From positions 2,688 to 66,687 of the forward strand of contig CAMLWC010000001.1 of assembly GCA_946488855.1 (NCBI GenBank): 64,000 nucleotides of DNA. Direction: 5' to 3'. Below the pieces are notes generated by a model. The model did no database searches, was not told where the DNA came from, and saw only the letters and a list, made by a program, of their open reading frames with translations. The number at the start of each line of letters is the position of its first letter. Position 1 is the first letter of the stretch. Origin of the DNA: an uncultured Mycoplasmatota bacterium (GTDB taxonomy: Bacteria; Bacillota_I; Bacilli_A; RF39; UBA660). The position numbers and the translations under genes are program-made. Positions 49,152-60,565 of this stretch are shown piece after piece.

Positions 49152-51776
49152 TTAAATTGTCTCTTTTACAACTGCTTGAGCAGCAGCAAGTCTAGCAATA
49201 GGCACTCTAAATGGAGAACAAGACACATAATTTAGTCCTACTCTATGACAAAATTCAACACTTGATGGATCGCCACCATGCTCACCACAAATACCTAAAC
49301 TTATGTCTGGTCTAGTGGATTTTCCTTTTCTTACAGCCATTTCAACTAATTGTCCAACACCAGTTTGATCTAGTTTAGCAAATGGGTCATTTTCAAATAT
49401 TTTTTTATCATAGTAATCATTTAAGAATTTACCAGCATCATCTCTTGAAAAACCATAAGTCATTTGTGTTAAATCATTAGTTCCAAAACTAAAGAATTCA
49501 GCTTGTTTAGCTATTTCATCAGCAGTTAAAGCAGCTCTTGGTATTTCAATCATTGTACCAATTTCATATTTCATTGTAACTTTATTTTCTTTTAAAATTT
49601 TATCTGCTGTTTCAACTACTATTTTTTTAACATATTCTAATTCTTTAACATCTCCAACTAATGGTATCATTATTTCAGGAGTTACATTCATTCCTTTTTT
49701 ATTTACATTGATTGCAGCTTCTATTACAGCTCTAGTTTGCATTTTAGCTATTTCAGGGTAAGTGATTGCTAATCTACAACCACGATGTCCCATCATTGGA
49801 TTAAATTCTTTTAAAGCATCTATTCTATTTTGAATAATTTCTAAACTAACATTTAAACTTTTAGCTAATGGTTCCATTTCTTCTTTTGTATGTGGCAAGA
49901 ATTCATGTAATGGTGGATCTAGATATCTAATAACTACTGGATCACCTTCCATAGCTTCAAATAATTTTTCAAAGTCATCTCTTTGATAAGGTAAAATTTT
50001 ATCTAAAGCTTCTTCTCTTTGTTCTAAAGTATCAGCTAAAATCATTCTTCTAAAATTAAAGATTCTATCAGTTTCAAAGAACATGTGTTCTGTACGACAT
50101 AAACCAATTCCTTCAGCACCAAATTTTCTAGCTTGAGTAGCATCTTTTGGTGTATCAGCGTTAGCTCTAACTTTTAATTTTCTAGTTTCATCAGCCCATT
50201 TCATAAATGTTTCAAAATCGCCACTGATACTAGCTTCAACAGTTTTTACTTTTTCACCATATACATTTCCAGTTGAACCATCAATTGATAAATAATCTCC
50301 TTCTTTAAATACTAAACCATCTTTAGTTTTTAAAGTTTTCTTTTCTTCATCAATTATTAATTCACCGCAACCAGATACGCAACATCTACCCATACCACGA
50401 GCAACAACTGCAGCATGTGAAGTCATACCACCTCTAATAGTTAAAATACCATTAGCATCATTCATACCTTGAATATCTTCAGGTGATGTTTCTAATCTTA
50501 CTAATAAAGTATCTTCACCTCTTTTTTTTGCTTCACTTACATCACTTGCAGTAAAATAAATCTTACCAGCACCGGCTCCAGGTGAAGCAGCTAATCCTTT
50601 AGCTATTACTTTGGCATTTTTTAAAGATTCATTGTCAAACATAGGATGTAATAATTGATCTAGTTGTTTAGGTTCAACTTTTAATAATGCTTCTTTAGGA
50701 GTAATCATACCTTCATTTACTAAATCAACAGCAACTTTTAAAGCAGCATGAGCAGTTCTTTTTCCATTTCTTGTTTGTAACATAAACAATTTACCATTTT
50801 CAATTGTGAATTCCATATCTTGCATATCTTTATAGTGATTTTCTAATGTTTTAGCTATTTCACTAAATTGTTTATAAACATCTGGCATAACATCTTTTAA
50901 AGTAGAAATAGGTTGAGGTGTTCTAATACCTGCAACAACATCTTCTCCTTGCGCATTAATTAAATATTCGCCATATAATTTATTTTCTCCGGTTGCAGGA
51001 TTTCTTGTAAATGCAACACCAGTACCTGATTTATCACCACTATTACCATAAACCATTTCTTGAACATTAACAGCAGTACCCCAACTACCAGGAATATCAT
51101 TCATTCTTCTATAAATAATAGCTCTTTCATTATTCCAAGATCTAAATACAGCAGTAACTGCTTCAATCAATTGAACTTTTGGATCTTGTGGAAATTCTTC
51201 ACCAGCTAATTTTTTATAAATTTTTTTAAATTTATTAGTAATTTCTTTCATATCATCAGCATTTAAATCTGTATCATATGAAACACCTTTTTTTTCTTTA
51301 AATTCATCTAAAACTCTTTCAAAACTTGATTTTGGATATCCTTTTACAACATCAGCAAACATTTGAATAAATCTTCTATATGAATCATAAACAAATCTAG
51401 GATTATTTATTTTTTCACTAAAATTTTTAGCCACTTCATCATTTAAACCTAAATTTAATACGGTATCCATCATACCAGGCATACTAGCTCTAGCACCACT
51501 TCTTACTGATACTAATAATGGATTATTTAAATCGCCCATTTTTTTACCAGAAGTTTTTTCCAAATTAGCTAATTTGGCCATAATTTGATCAATTACTTCA
51601 TCAGCTATTTTTTCTCCATCATCATAATATTTATTACATGCTTCTGTTGTAACAGTAAATCCATCAGGTACAGGTAAACCAATACTTTTCATTTCTGCTA
51701 AGTTAGCACCTTTACCACCTAATAGATTTCTCATATCTTTGTTTCCTTCACTAAATGAATAAACATATTGTGTCAT
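49152..51776 (-). CDS. ppdK: pyruvate, phosphate dikinase
   Basis: About 875 aa with a PEP-utilising domain, phospho-His domain GGMTSHAAVVARGMG and a C-terminal TIM barrel. Start placed at MTQYVYSF behind GAGGAGGG. Confidence 0.95.
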   Translation of the reverse strand: MTQYVYSFSEGNKDMRNLLGGKGANLAEMKSIGLPVPDGFTVTTEACNKYYDDGEKIADEVIDQIMAKLANLEKTSGKKMGDLNNPLLVSVRSGARASMPGMMDTVLNLGLNDEVAKNFSEKINNPRFVYDSYRRFIQMFADVVKGYPKSSFERVLDEFKEKKGVSYDTDLNADDMKEITNKFKKIYKKLAGEEFPQDPKVQLIEAVTAVFRSWNNERAIIYRRMNDIPGSWGTAVNVQEMVYGNSGDKSGTGVAFTRNPATGENKLYGEYLINAQGEDVVAGIRTPQPISTLKDVMPDVYKQFSEIAKTLENHYKDMQDMEFTIENGKLFMLQTRNGKRTAHAALKVAVDLVNEGMITPKEALLKVEPKQLDQLLHPMFDNESLKNAKVIAKGLAASPGAGAGKIYFTASDVSEAKKRGEDTLLVRLETSPEDIQGMNDANGILTIRGGMTSHAAVVARGMGRCCVSGCGELIIDEEKKTLKTKDGLVFKEGDYLSIDGSTGNVYGEKVKTVEASISGDFETFMKWADETRKLKVRANADTPKDATQARKFGAEGIGLCRTEHMFFETDRIFNFRRMILADTLEQREEALDKILPYQRDDFEKLFEAMEGDPVVIRYLDPPLHEFLPHTKEEMEPLAKSLNVSLEIIQNRIDALKEFNPMMGHRGCRLAITYPEIAKMQTRAVIEAAINVNKKGMNVTPEIMIPLVGDVKELEYVKKIVVETADKILKENKVTMKYEIGTMIEIPRAALTADEIAKQAEFFSFGTNDLTQMTYGFSRDDAGKFLNDYYDKKIFENDPFAKLDQTGVGQLVEMAVRKGKSTRPDISLGICGEHGGDPSSVEFCHRVGLNYVSCSPFRVPIARLAAAQAVVKETI

Positions 51777-51865
51777 ATATCTTGCCCTCCTCATTATCTA
51801 ACACAATTAAATTATAACATGAAAAAAACAAAAAAAGAATAAAAATTATTCTTTTTTACAATTTT

Positions 51866-53509
51866 TTAACGACTTCCACCGCCGCCACCACCGAAGGAGC
51901 CTCCTCCTCCTCCGCCTGATGAAAAACCTCCACCACCAGAAGAATAAGACTCTGCTCTACTTCTAGCAGTTGATGCAGCAGATACTGACCTAGTTGAAAT
52001 TGTATTTAAAAATATAACTGTATCAAAATCAATATTATCTAAATTTTCAATATATTCAGGATATAATTTTTTAAATTGTTTAGCCACTTTATCAGCAATT
52101 CCAAACAAGTATGCAAACATTAAATATTCATCCCATAATTTTACTTCAATTGCTTCTTTTGTATCTATAGAAGAAAATTCCTCTAAAAACAATTTCAATC
52201 CATATAATTTTTTAGAATCTTCATATAAAATGTCATCCATAACATTTTTATATTTACATTCTTTTCTATCAGTTCTTTTATGAATATGACCTTGTTCTTT
52301 CAATTCTTTTATTTTATTATTTTTAATTTTATCAAATAAATTTAAATATTTACTATAATTCTTCTTTGCCCATTTTTCTAATTCTTTTGCTTCTAATACT
52401 CCATCACCACTTGCTTTATACATCATGTCATATAATTCTTTTTCTTCTTGATTATTTAAAGATATATTAGGATTAAGAATAATACTTAAATCTTTATCTT
52501 TCTTAATTGTTATTTTATCTTCTTTAATCCATTTAAGCAATATAGCCCCTAAAATACTAGAATTAGATTTAGTCCATTTATTTAAATTAATTAATGCATT
52601 AGCATAATATATATCTTTATTGCAAGGAATATCTCTAAAAAATGGTGTATTTTTTTTAGTAATTGTTTTGTTATCTTTATAACCATATAAAGAACCACGT
52701 GCTATAACAAAAACCATAATAAAAGGAATAAAAAATATAATCATATTTAAAATATTAAAAACAAATGTTGCAAAATTAAATGAGTTATTTGAATAATTAT
52801 AATCAAAAGTTCCTTCTTCTGCTTTCTGATAAACATCATCAAATGTATCAAATTGCGATACTTTATTAGTAGTTTTAAATGTATTTAGTGGAAATTTAGC
52901 TAACAATACTGCATAATTACCATTCATACTATCTTCATTAGACATATATATTTTTCCATCATAAACATAAGCTAAACCTTTATATCCATATCCCCATACA
53001 TCTAAAGTGTCAAGAAATTCATAATAACTTGATATTTCTAATGTAAAATTTTCAAAATTAACATTAGATAATCTATCAATAAAATTATAGTAAATAACTT
53101 GTGCATCTTCAGTATTAAATACAAAGTTACTTAATTCATATTCTAATTTAAAAGTATGCTTTTTATAATCATATTTACCAAAACATAGCTCTAATCCATT
53201 ATAAGTTTTATTGATACCATAATACCCTTTTTTTTGTGATAAAGATTCATCAACATCCCATGTTTTATATTTTAAATCAGTTCCATCCATCGATACTTTA
53301 AAGTTAGATAATTCCATATTTCCTAAATTATTTAAAACCTTGTACCATTCAGTACCATCCGATCCTTTGACATCCCACACTTCAGTAATATTAGCATTGC
53401 CATCTTCATCTAAATAAACTTTGATATCAATACTATAAATATTATTTTTTGCTGATACAACACTGATACTAAATAAAAATGTAACAATTAAAAATAAAAT
53501 TTTTTTCAT
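51866..53509 (-). CDS. DUF2207 membrane protein with C-terminal Gly-rich tail
   Basis: Signal peptide, an extracellular domain, a TM pair and a GGGGFSSGGGGGGSFGGGGGG tail characteristic of DUF2207. Confidence 0.65.
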   Translation of the reverse strand: MKKILFLIVTFLFSISVVSAKNNIYSIDIKVYLDEDGNANITEVWDVKGSDGTEWYKVLNNLGNMELSNFKVSMDGTDLKYKTWDVDESLSQKKGYYGINKTYNGLELCFGKYDYKKHTFKLEYELSNFVFNTEDAQVIYYNFIDRLSNVNFENFTLEISSYYEFLDTLDVWGYGYKGLAYVYDGKIYMSNEDSMNGNYAVLLAKFPLNTFKTTNKVSQFDTFDDVYQKAEEGTFDYNYSNNSFNFATFVFNILNMIIFFIPFIMVFVIARGSLYGYKDNKTITKKNTPFFRDIPCNKDIYYANALINLNKWTKSNSSILGAILLKWIKEDKITIKKDKDLSIILNPNISLNNQEEKELYDMMYKASGDGVLEAKELEKWAKKNYSKYLNLFDKIKNNKIKELKEQGHIHKRTDRKECKYKNVMDDILYEDSKKLYGLKLFLEEFSSIDTKEAIEVKLWDEYLMFAYLFGIADKVAKQFKKLYPEYIENLDNIDFDTVIFLNTISTRSVSAASTARSRAESYSSGGGGFSSGGGGGGSFGGGGGGSR

Positions 53510-53510
53510 A

Positions 53511-54116
53511 TTAACTCCTTTTTAATATTTTTTGAAATTCTTTAGAATGTGGAATTAAAACTTTATCTAAAAAGCAATTTTCACATAAAGGGTCATAACT
53601 CTCATCAGCGCCAATTACTACTTGTTCACCATCAAAAACATATTCTCCATTTATTTTTCTAGCATTAAACCGAGCTTTTTTACCACAATTACAAATTGCA
53701 ACCATTTCTTTCAAAGAATCTGCATATCTAAATAGTGCTTCACTACCTGGAAATAAATTACCTTTAAAATCAACTTTTAAACCAAAACAAACTGCTGGAA
53801 TATCAAGTTTTTTTGTTATAATAACTAATTCGTATACTTGTCTTTCTGTTAAAAATTGTGCTTCATCTATTACCAAACAAGTTATATTATCATATTTTTT
53901 AATATATTCTATTAAACTATCCTCTGGTTTTAAAAGAATATCCACTTCCTTTTCCATTCCAATTCTTGATGTAACTTTTTTATTACCTTTTGTATCAATA
54001 GATGGTTTTATTAACAATGCCTTCATACCACGTGAATTATATTTATAAGCAGTTGTAATAACATCAATCGTTTTTCCTGCACTCATTGCACCATAATTAA
54101 AATATAATTTTGCCAT
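53511..54116 (-). CDS. tdk: thymidine kinase
   Basis: P-loop YGAMSAGKT and C-terminal Zn ribbon CNCG...CENC. Start placed at MAKLYF behind AAGGAGTAA. Confidence 0.9.
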   Translation of the reverse strand: MAKLYFNYGAMSAGKTIDVITTAYKYNSRGMKALLIKPSIDTKGNKKVTSRIGMEKEVDILLKPEDSLIEYIKKYDNITCLVIDEAQFLTERQVYELVIITKKLDIPAVCFGLKVDFKGNLFPGSEALFRYADSLKEMVAICNCGKKARFNARKINGEYVFDGEQVVIGADESYDPLCENCFLDKVLIPHSKEFQKILKRS

Positions 54117-54120
54117 AATA

Positions 54121-54990
54121 TTACTCCTTTTTTGCTCTTGGATGAGCATCTAAATAAACTTTTCTTAAATGTTCATTAGAAACGTGAGTGTATATACCAG
54201 TAGTCGATATATTTTCATGTCCTAATAATTCTTGTACTATTTTTAAATCCGCACCTTCATTTAATAAATGTGTTGCGAAAGTATGTCTTAATGTATGTGG
54301 TGATATATTTAATTTTAAACTACTTTTTTTAACTATATCATCAATAATCATTCTAATTGCTCTATCAGTTATCTTATTACCAAATTTATTTAATAATAGA
54401 TAATCGCTATTCTTATTTAATTTATTTTTACTTTTTTCTAAATATTCCATTAATATATCATTGCATATTTTGCCGAATAAAACATATCTTTCTTTATTTC
54501 CTTTACCCAAAATATAAATTCGTTTATTGTCAAAATCAATATCATCTAATTTAATATTAACTAATTCACTCACTCTTATTCCAGTTGAATATAAAAGTTC
54601 TAAAATAAGTAAATTTCTTAATCCTAAAATATCATCTTTATCTGGAATATTAAATAATATTTCTAAATCATTATAATTAATATAATTAGGTAATTTTTTT
54701 TCAATTTTAGGATTACTTAATAATAAACATGGATTATCTTTAACAATCTCATTTTTAGTTAAATATTTATAAAAACTTTTTAAACTACTAATATGTCTAG
54801 CAATACTTTTATTAGTATATTTTTTATTATGCAGAAATTGCAAATAAGATCTAATAAAACTATAATCAACATCAATTTTACATTTTGAAAATTTTATAAA
54901 TTGATTTAAATCTTTTTTATAACTTGAAATCGTATTGCTAGAATAACCTTTACTATCCAAATATTTATAAAAATTATCTAATTCTTTCAT
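54121..54990 (-). CDS. xerC: site-specific tyrosine recombinase, XerC-like
   Basis: LRHTFATHLLNEGADLKIVQELLGHENISTTGIYTH. Lies downstream of topA, in a position like xerC/codV of Bacillus. Confidence 0.75.
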   Translation of the reverse strand: MKELDNFYKYLDSKGYSSNTISSYKKDLNQFIKFSKCKIDVDYSFIRSYLQFLHNKKYTNKSIARHISSLKSFYKYLTKNEIVKDNPCLLLSNPKIEKKLPNYINYNDLEILFNIPDKDDILGLRNLLILELLYSTGIRVSELVNIKLDDIDFDNKRIYILGKGNKERYVLFGKICNDILMEYLEKSKNKLNKNSDYLLLNKFGNKITDRAIRMIIDDIVKKSSLKLNISPHTLRHTFATHLLNEGADLKIVQELLGHENISTTGIYTHVSNEHLRKVYLDAHPRAKKE

Positions 54991-55759
54991 CAGGACCTAA
55001 TCCATCTGGTTTATATTCTGAATCTAAATTTTTTAATTGATCTAAGTCAAAAGGTATATCATCAATAGGATATGAAAAACCATCAATTAAATAAAAATCT
55101 TTAATTGTTGCTTCACAATTAGGAAATGATTTTGTAAGATTGTTTTTATTTTTTTTATAAATCTCATCAATTGTTGGAAGATTTCTTTTTTTTCTTTCAA
55201 TCTCATATGCCTTGATTATTATTCTTAGAATATCATAAAAATTCTTTTTATTCTTTTTTATTTCTATTCTAATAAAATCTACTCTACTTTTGACTTTGTA
55301 ATTAGTCGTAATTATTTCTCTTGTTAAAAATGGTGATATTAATTTTCTAAACCCATATTTATTAAAACCTATTTTTTCTAACTGTAAAAATTTTAACATT
55401 GTAGCTTTATCATTAACCATTTCTTTAAAAGCAACTAAATGTTTTTTATACAAAACTCTTTTTTCTATAAAATAAAGTGATGAATCTTTTTCATTTGCTT
55501 CTAAAATAACAATTCTTCCTCTAAATTTTTTACCTGTTTGATTAGTAACAGCTTCTACATAATTTTTATTTTCTTCTAAATATTTTTCAATTTCCTTTTG
55601 ATAATATTTTCTAATTTGTTCCGAATCCTCAAATTTTTTGATTGTAAAATCATCTATTTCAATACTATCTGCTTTCATCAAAGTTAAACTTTTATATCCG
55701 TCACTATCTAAAACTAGACTTAATGTTCTTTCCATACTATCACCATTTAAAGTATACAA
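54974..55759 (-). CDS. hypothetical protein
   Basis: 261-aa ORF between topA and xerC with no recognisable motif. Confidence 0.45.
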   Translation of the reverse strand: MYTLNGDSMERTLSLVLDSDGYKSLTLMKADSIEIDDFTIKKFEDSEQIRKYYQKEIEKYLEENKNYVEAVTNQTGKKFRGRIVILEANEKDSSLYFIEKRVLYKKHLVAFKEMVNDKATMLKFLQLEKIGFNKYGFRKLISPFLTREIITTNYKVKSRVDFIRIEIKKNKKNFYDILRIIIKAYEIERKKRNLPTIDEIYKKNKNNLTKSFPNCEATIKDFYLIDGFSYPIDDIPFDLDQLKNLDSEYKPDGLGPDERIR

Positions 55760-55794
55760 AAATAATATTATATAGTCAAGAAAAAAAGAAGAAT

Positions 55795-57825
55795 TTAATC
55801 TTCTTTAACATAATCACAACTAGAACATTTAATTTTTTTGCCTTTAATAGTTAATAAACTATTACATTTTGGACATTTCTCATTAATAGGCATATCCCAA
55901 AAAGCAGTTTTACATTTAGGAAAATTATTACATCCATAAAATACTTTTCCTTTTTTGCTTTTTTTCTCAATTATCTTACCATCACAATTAGGGCAATCGA
56001 TAATTTCTTTTACTTCACTTGGCTTAATATATTTACAATTTGGATAATTACTACAAGCAGTAAATTCACCATATTTTCCTTTTCTAATTACTAAATCACT
56101 ACCACACTCTGGACATACTTCACCTGTTTTAGTTGCTTCTTTTTTAGGTAATAAATCAAAAGCATTTTTTAAAGCTGGTTCAAAATCATTATAAAAATCT
56201 CTTAAAGTTTTAACCCAATTTTCTTTACCTTCAGCGATTTTATCTAAATCATTTTCCATATTAGCAGTATATTCAACATTGATTAAATGACTAAAGCATT
56301 CTTGTAATTTATCAGTTATTTCAATACCAATATCTGTTGGAATAAATTTTTTATCTTCAATTGTTACATAATTTCTTTGTTTTAATGTTTCCATAGTTGT
56401 CGCATAAGTACTAGGTCTCCCTATACCTAATTTTTCCATTTCCTCAATTAATTTTGCTTCAGTATATCTACTTGGAGGATTAGTAAAATGTTGTTCCTTA
56501 GTTATTTCATTAGATACCAATACATTTGAATTATAAGTTTCTAAAGGTGGTAATATCTTATCTTTAGTATCTTCATAATCACTATAAACTTTTAAATACC
56601 CATCAAAATCAATGATTTGTCCTGTTGCTTTAAATTGATAATTATTATTATCTAAAATGACAGTAGTATTAATAGTAGTTGCATCTTTCATCAAACTAGC
56701 TAAAGCACGATAATAAATCATTTTATATAATTTATATTCATCATTAGATAAATAAGGTTTAACTGATTCAGGTGTTCTATTTATACTAGTTGGTCTAATA
56801 GCTTCATGAGCATCTTGAACGTTATCCATACTTTTGTTAGATTTAACATAACCAATATATTCTTCACCAAATTTATCTTTAATATAACCATATGTTGACT
56901 TAATAAATTCATCAGATAATCTTACAGAATCAGTTCTCATATAAGAAATAAGTCCAACTGTTTCGTCTTTAAGTTCGATACCTTCATATAATTTTTGGGC
57001 TAAAGACATAGTTTTTTTCGCATTAAATCCTAGTTTATTAGAAGCTAATCTTTGTAATGTACTTGTAATAAAAGGTGGATTAGATTTTTTATTCTTATTT
57101 TTCTTATCAACACTAACTATTTTAAATGTATTACCTAATTTATCTAATATTTCGTTAGCTTCTGCTTCATTTTTTATTTTTATATCTTTATTATTATAAT
57201 TAAATAAATCTGCTTCAAAATCTTTAAATACACCTGTAATTGTCCAATATTCTTCTGGATTAAATTTATTAATTTCACGTTCTTTATCGACAATTAATTT
57301 AAGTGCTACACTTTGTACTCTACCAGCGCTAGTACCATCAGTTTTTGCTTGCATTAATTTACTTAACCTAAAACCGATTATTCGATCTAATATTCTTCTT
57401 GTTTCTTGACTATTAACTAAATCTTGATCAATTTTTCTAGCATGTTTAAAAGAATTAATAACTGCATCTTTAGTTATTTCATTAAATACTATTCTTTGAT
57501 AATTTTCATCTTTTAATTTTAATGTGTCAAATAAATGCCAAGATATTGCTTCTCCTTCACGATCGGGATCGGTTGCAAGATAGACAAAATCAGCTTTTTT
57601 AACTTCTTTTTTTAAATCATTTATTAATTTGGATTTACCTTTAATTGTAATATAATCAGGTTTAAAATCATTTTCAATATCAACACCTAATCCATATTTT
57701 CCTTTTGTAGATAAATCTCTTATATGACCTTTACTAGATAATACTTCATAATCTTTACCTAGATATTTTTCAATTGTTTTACTTTTACTTGGGGACTCAA
57801 CAATAACTAATTTCAATATCATCAC
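55795..57825 (-). CDS. topA: DNA topoisomerase I
   Basis: Toprim LVIVESPSKSKTI, an active-site Tyr region, and three C-terminal C4 zinc ribbons. Confidence 0.95.
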   Translation of the reverse strand: MMILKLVIVESPSKSKTIEKYLGKDYEVLSSKGHIRDLSTKGKYGLGVDIENDFKPDYITIKGKSKLINDLKKEVKKADFVYLATDPDREGEAISWHLFDTLKLKDENYQRIVFNEITKDAVINSFKHARKIDQDLVNSQETRRILDRIIGFRLSKLMQAKTDGTSAGRVQSVALKLIVDKEREINKFNPEEYWTITGVFKDFEADLFNYNNKDIKIKNEAEANEILDKLGNTFKIVSVDKKNKNKKSNPPFITSTLQRLASNKLGFNAKKTMSLAQKLYEGIELKDETVGLISYMRTDSVRLSDEFIKSTYGYIKDKFGEEYIGYVKSNKSMDNVQDAHEAIRPTSINRTPESVKPYLSNDEYKLYKMIYYRALASLMKDATTINTTVILDNNNYQFKATGQIIDFDGYLKVYSDYEDTKDKILPPLETYNSNVLVSNEITKEQHFTNPPSRYTEAKLIEEMEKLGIGRPSTYATTMETLKQRNYVTIEDKKFIPTDIGIEITDKLQECFSHLINVEYTANMENDLDKIAEGKENWVKTLRDFYNDFEPALKNAFDLLPKKEATKTGEVCPECGSDLVIRKGKYGEFTACSNYPNCKYIKPSEVKEIIDCPNCDGKIIEKKSKKGKVFYGCNNFPKCKTAFWDMPINEKCPKCNSLLTIKGKKIKCSSCDYVKED

Positions 57826-57878
57826 TCCTCGAATATAATTTATACACTATTATTAATTCCTTGTCAAGAGAAAAAGAC

Positions 57879-58562
57879 TTAACTATTTATTCTTTTAAGT
57901 CTCCTGATAACCTTTTTTTCTATTCTAGAAATATATGATTGCGATATACCTAACATTTCAGCAACTTCTTTCTGTGTTTTTTCTTCATTGTCGTACAATC
58001 CATATCTTAAAATCATTATTTCTTTATCTCTTTTATTTAAATTATTTATTTCATTATATAATAATTTTTTATTAGTTTCTTCTTCTAAACCTTTAGTCAC
58101 TATATCAGGTTCAGTACCTAAGATATCTTCTAAGTGAAGTTCATTTCCTTCCGCATCATAGCTCAAACTATCTTCAAAACTAACTTCACCTTTTCTTTTT
58201 TTATTTTTTCTTAAAAACATCAATATTTCATTATCAATACAACGTGAAGCATAAGTAGCTAATTTAATATTTTTATCTAATTTATAAGTGTTAACACCTT
58301 TAATTAAGCCGATAGTACCAATACTTACTAAATCTTCTAAATCGACTTTGGTATTTTCATATTTTTTAGCTAAAAAAACTACTAACCTTAAATTATGTTC
58401 AATCAATTTAGCACGAGCGAATTCATCACCATCCATCGATTTAGTAACATATAATATTTCTTCTTCTTTTGATAAAGGAGCTGGTAATTTATCTGCACTA
58501 CCAACATAAAAAACTTCTTGTGTAAATAATTTTATAATTAAATTCTTTAATTTTGTTAACAA
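57879..58562 (-). CDS. sigE: sporulation sigma factor E (pro-sigma-E)
   Basis: N-terminal pro-sequence ending YVGSADKLPAPLSKEEE. Regions 2 to 4 (LIEHNLRLVV, KLATYASRCIDNEILM, QKEVAEMLGISQSYISRIEK) are near-identical in pattern to Bacillus SigE. Confidence 0.9.
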   Translation of the reverse strand: MLTKLKNLIIKLFTQEVFYVGSADKLPAPLSKEEEILYVTKSMDGDEFARAKLIEHNLRLVVFLAKKYENTKVDLEDLVSIGTIGLIKGVNTYKLDKNIKLATYASRCIDNEILMFLRKNKKRKGEVSFEDSLSYDAEGNELHLEDILGTEPDIVTKGLEEETNKKLLYNEINNLNKRDKEIMILRYGLYDNEEKTQKEVAEMLGISQSYISRIEKKVIRRLKRINS

Positions 58563-58563
58563 T

Positions 58564-59307
58564 TTATCCCTCCAATATTTTTTTATTTAAAAGACAATCA
58601 ACACCATCAATTTTTATTTTATCTGTTAATATACCAACAATAACATTATTTTTAACCATTCCTTCTATTTCGATTTTATCTACTTTAAAACATTTTATTA
58701 ATCCATCACCTTTCACACATTTATAAGGAATATAAAAAAAATTATCTATTTTTATTTCTTTATCAATTAAGATAACTGGTTTATTTGTTATAGGTGTAAC
58801 TAAATTATTACCGGTATCTAAAAATGAATTAAATAAATATTTTTTATTTTTATAGTAAATATTTATTTTATAATAATTACTATAATTATTTTTCAGCCAT
58901 AATCCTTGTTTAATATAAATATATATAATAATTGGACTAAATATGATTAAAAAAATAAAATTAATTGATAAACCATTATTTATAAATATAATACCATATT
59001 GCTTATATGAAAACTCGACATTTAAAAAATATAAAAATCCACCTAAAACAATACTAGTCATATATAGATATAATATATTTTTTAAAGTATACTTAATATT
59101 TTTATAACCAAAACTTATTATAACCATAACAATACTTATAATTATTTTATATAAGAATAATAATAACGAATTACTCACAAATAAAAACAAAATACTAATT
59201 CCGCCTACAAAAGATCCACTTATTATTTTATAAATACTTACATTTCTTCTAAGTAATATAGAAATAGCAAGTAATAACAAAAAATCAAATATAAAATTTA
59301 AAATCAT
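58564..59307 (-). CDS. spoIIGA: sigma-E processing aspartic peptidase
   Basis: Five TM segments in the N-terminal half. C-terminal FLDTGNNL D-S/T-G aspartic protease motif. Immediately upstream of sigE. Confidence 0.85.
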   Translation of the reverse strand: MILNFIFDFLLLLAISILLRRNVSIYKIISGSFVGGISILFLFVSNSLLLFLYKIIISIVMVIISFGYKNIKYTLKNILYLYMTSIVLGGFLYFLNVEFSYKQYGIIFINNGLSINFIFLIIFSPIIIYIYIKQGLWLKNNYSNYYKINIYYKNKKYLFNSFLDTGNNLVTPITNKPVILIDKEIKIDNFFYIPYKCVKGDGLIKCFKVDKIEIEGMVKNNVIVGILTDKIKIDGVDCLLNKKILEG

Positions 59308-59386
59308 TATTAAATCTAAATATATTTTCGTATAATTATCACCTCTATTTAAATTATAAAAAAAAAATCATCAAAATTTTGTCATT

Positions 59387-60565
59387 TTAATGATTTAATT
59401 TAAATTTTTCTATTTTATTTTCTATATGTACTCTTTGAACAACAGCTAAAGAGCACATTAAACTAATTGCGAATGTTCCACCATAAGATAAAAATGGAAG
59501 CGGTACTCCTGTTAATGGAATTATACCAAATAAACCACCTAAATTAATAAATATATGTAAGAATATATATGTAGCAATACCTAAACAAATATATCTTCCT
59601 CTAATTGTTGTTGCATTAGTAGAAATTTTAAGTATTCTAAATAAAACAAATATATAAGCCAAAAATATAAAACTACATTTTATTGCACCATATTCTTCAC
59701 CAATAATAGCAAATATACTATCTGTATGAGGTTCTGGAATATATGAATATTTTTGTTTACTTTTTCCAATTCCTAATCCAAATAAACCACCATCATTTAA
59801 AGCAATAAAACCATTACATATTTGATAACCAGTAGTTTCATACTTTGAACAAGGATTAAAAAAATCAAATCTTGACGTTTGAGCGTCACTCAATAAATAT
59901 CCTTGCTTCATAACTACTGCTGACATACCTACTATACAAAGTCCAAACATTAAACCAATTATTTTTAATTTATCAATCCTTCTAATGGGACTAGCTAAAA
60001 ATAAAACCCCAAATATTCCCATCATAATTAAGGCCCCGCCTAAATCTTTTTGACTAAAAGTTAATACAGGAATTAATCCAGCAATTAATAAAATTAAACT
60101 TATTTTAGACCATCTTTTTGGATTATCAGAATTTAAGATTCGATAATTTTGTTCAAATAATATAGAAAATAAAACTATCATTACTGGTTTAGCAAATTCA
60201 CTAGGTTGCAACGTTCCAAATCCTGGAATTGGTAACCAGTTAGTCGCACCATTGACCTCTTTTCCAAATGGAAATAACAATATTACTAATCCTAAAACAA
60301 ATATATAAGCAAACCATATTAAATTTTTATATACTTTTGTTTTCATATTTAAAATAATATAGGAACCAATAAGACCAGCTATTAACATTTGTAATTGTTT
60401 AAAGAAATAATGATAAGCCGAAACTTCATATCTAACTACAGCTTCACGACTTGAAGCTGTAACTATATTTAATAAACCAAACAAGAAAAATAAAATAGTA
60501 ACAACAAATAAAAGTTTATCCATTTTACTAAATAAATCTTTAAGGTTTTTTAAGAACTTTTTCAT
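59387..60565 (-). CDS. SEDS-family peptidoglycan glycosyltransferase (FtsW/RodA/SpoVE)
   Basis: Ten TM segments with the conserved C-terminal GGTS...L motif. Start placed at MKKFLKNL behind AGGTGGAAGG. Confidence 0.8.
   Translation of the reverse strand: MKKFLKNLKDLFSKMDKLLFVVTILFFLFGLLNIVTASSREAVVRYEVSAYHYFFKQLQMLIAGLIGSYIILNMKTKVYKNLIWFAYIFVLGLVILLFPFGKEVNGATNWLPIPGFGTLQPSEFAKPVMIVLFSILFEQNYRILNSDNPKRWSKISLILLIAGLIPVLTFSQKDLGGALIMMGIFGVLFLASPIRRIDKLKIIGLMFGLCIVGMSAVVMKQGYLLSDAQTSRFDFFNPCSKYETTGYQICNGFIALNDGGLFGLGIGKSKQKYSYIPEPHTDSIFAIIGEEYGAIKCSFIFLAYIFVLFRILKISTNATTIRGRYICLGIATYIFLHIFINLGGLFGIIPLTGVPLPFLSYGGTFAISLMCSLAVVQRVHIENKIEKFKLNH

Noticed and set aside
51866-51960. Gly-codon repeat (GGx) run at the 3' end of the DUF2207 gene, which could be read as a tandem or CRISPR-like repeat.
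   Set aside because: It encodes the poly-Gly tail typical of DUF2207 proteins and has no spacer-repeat structure.
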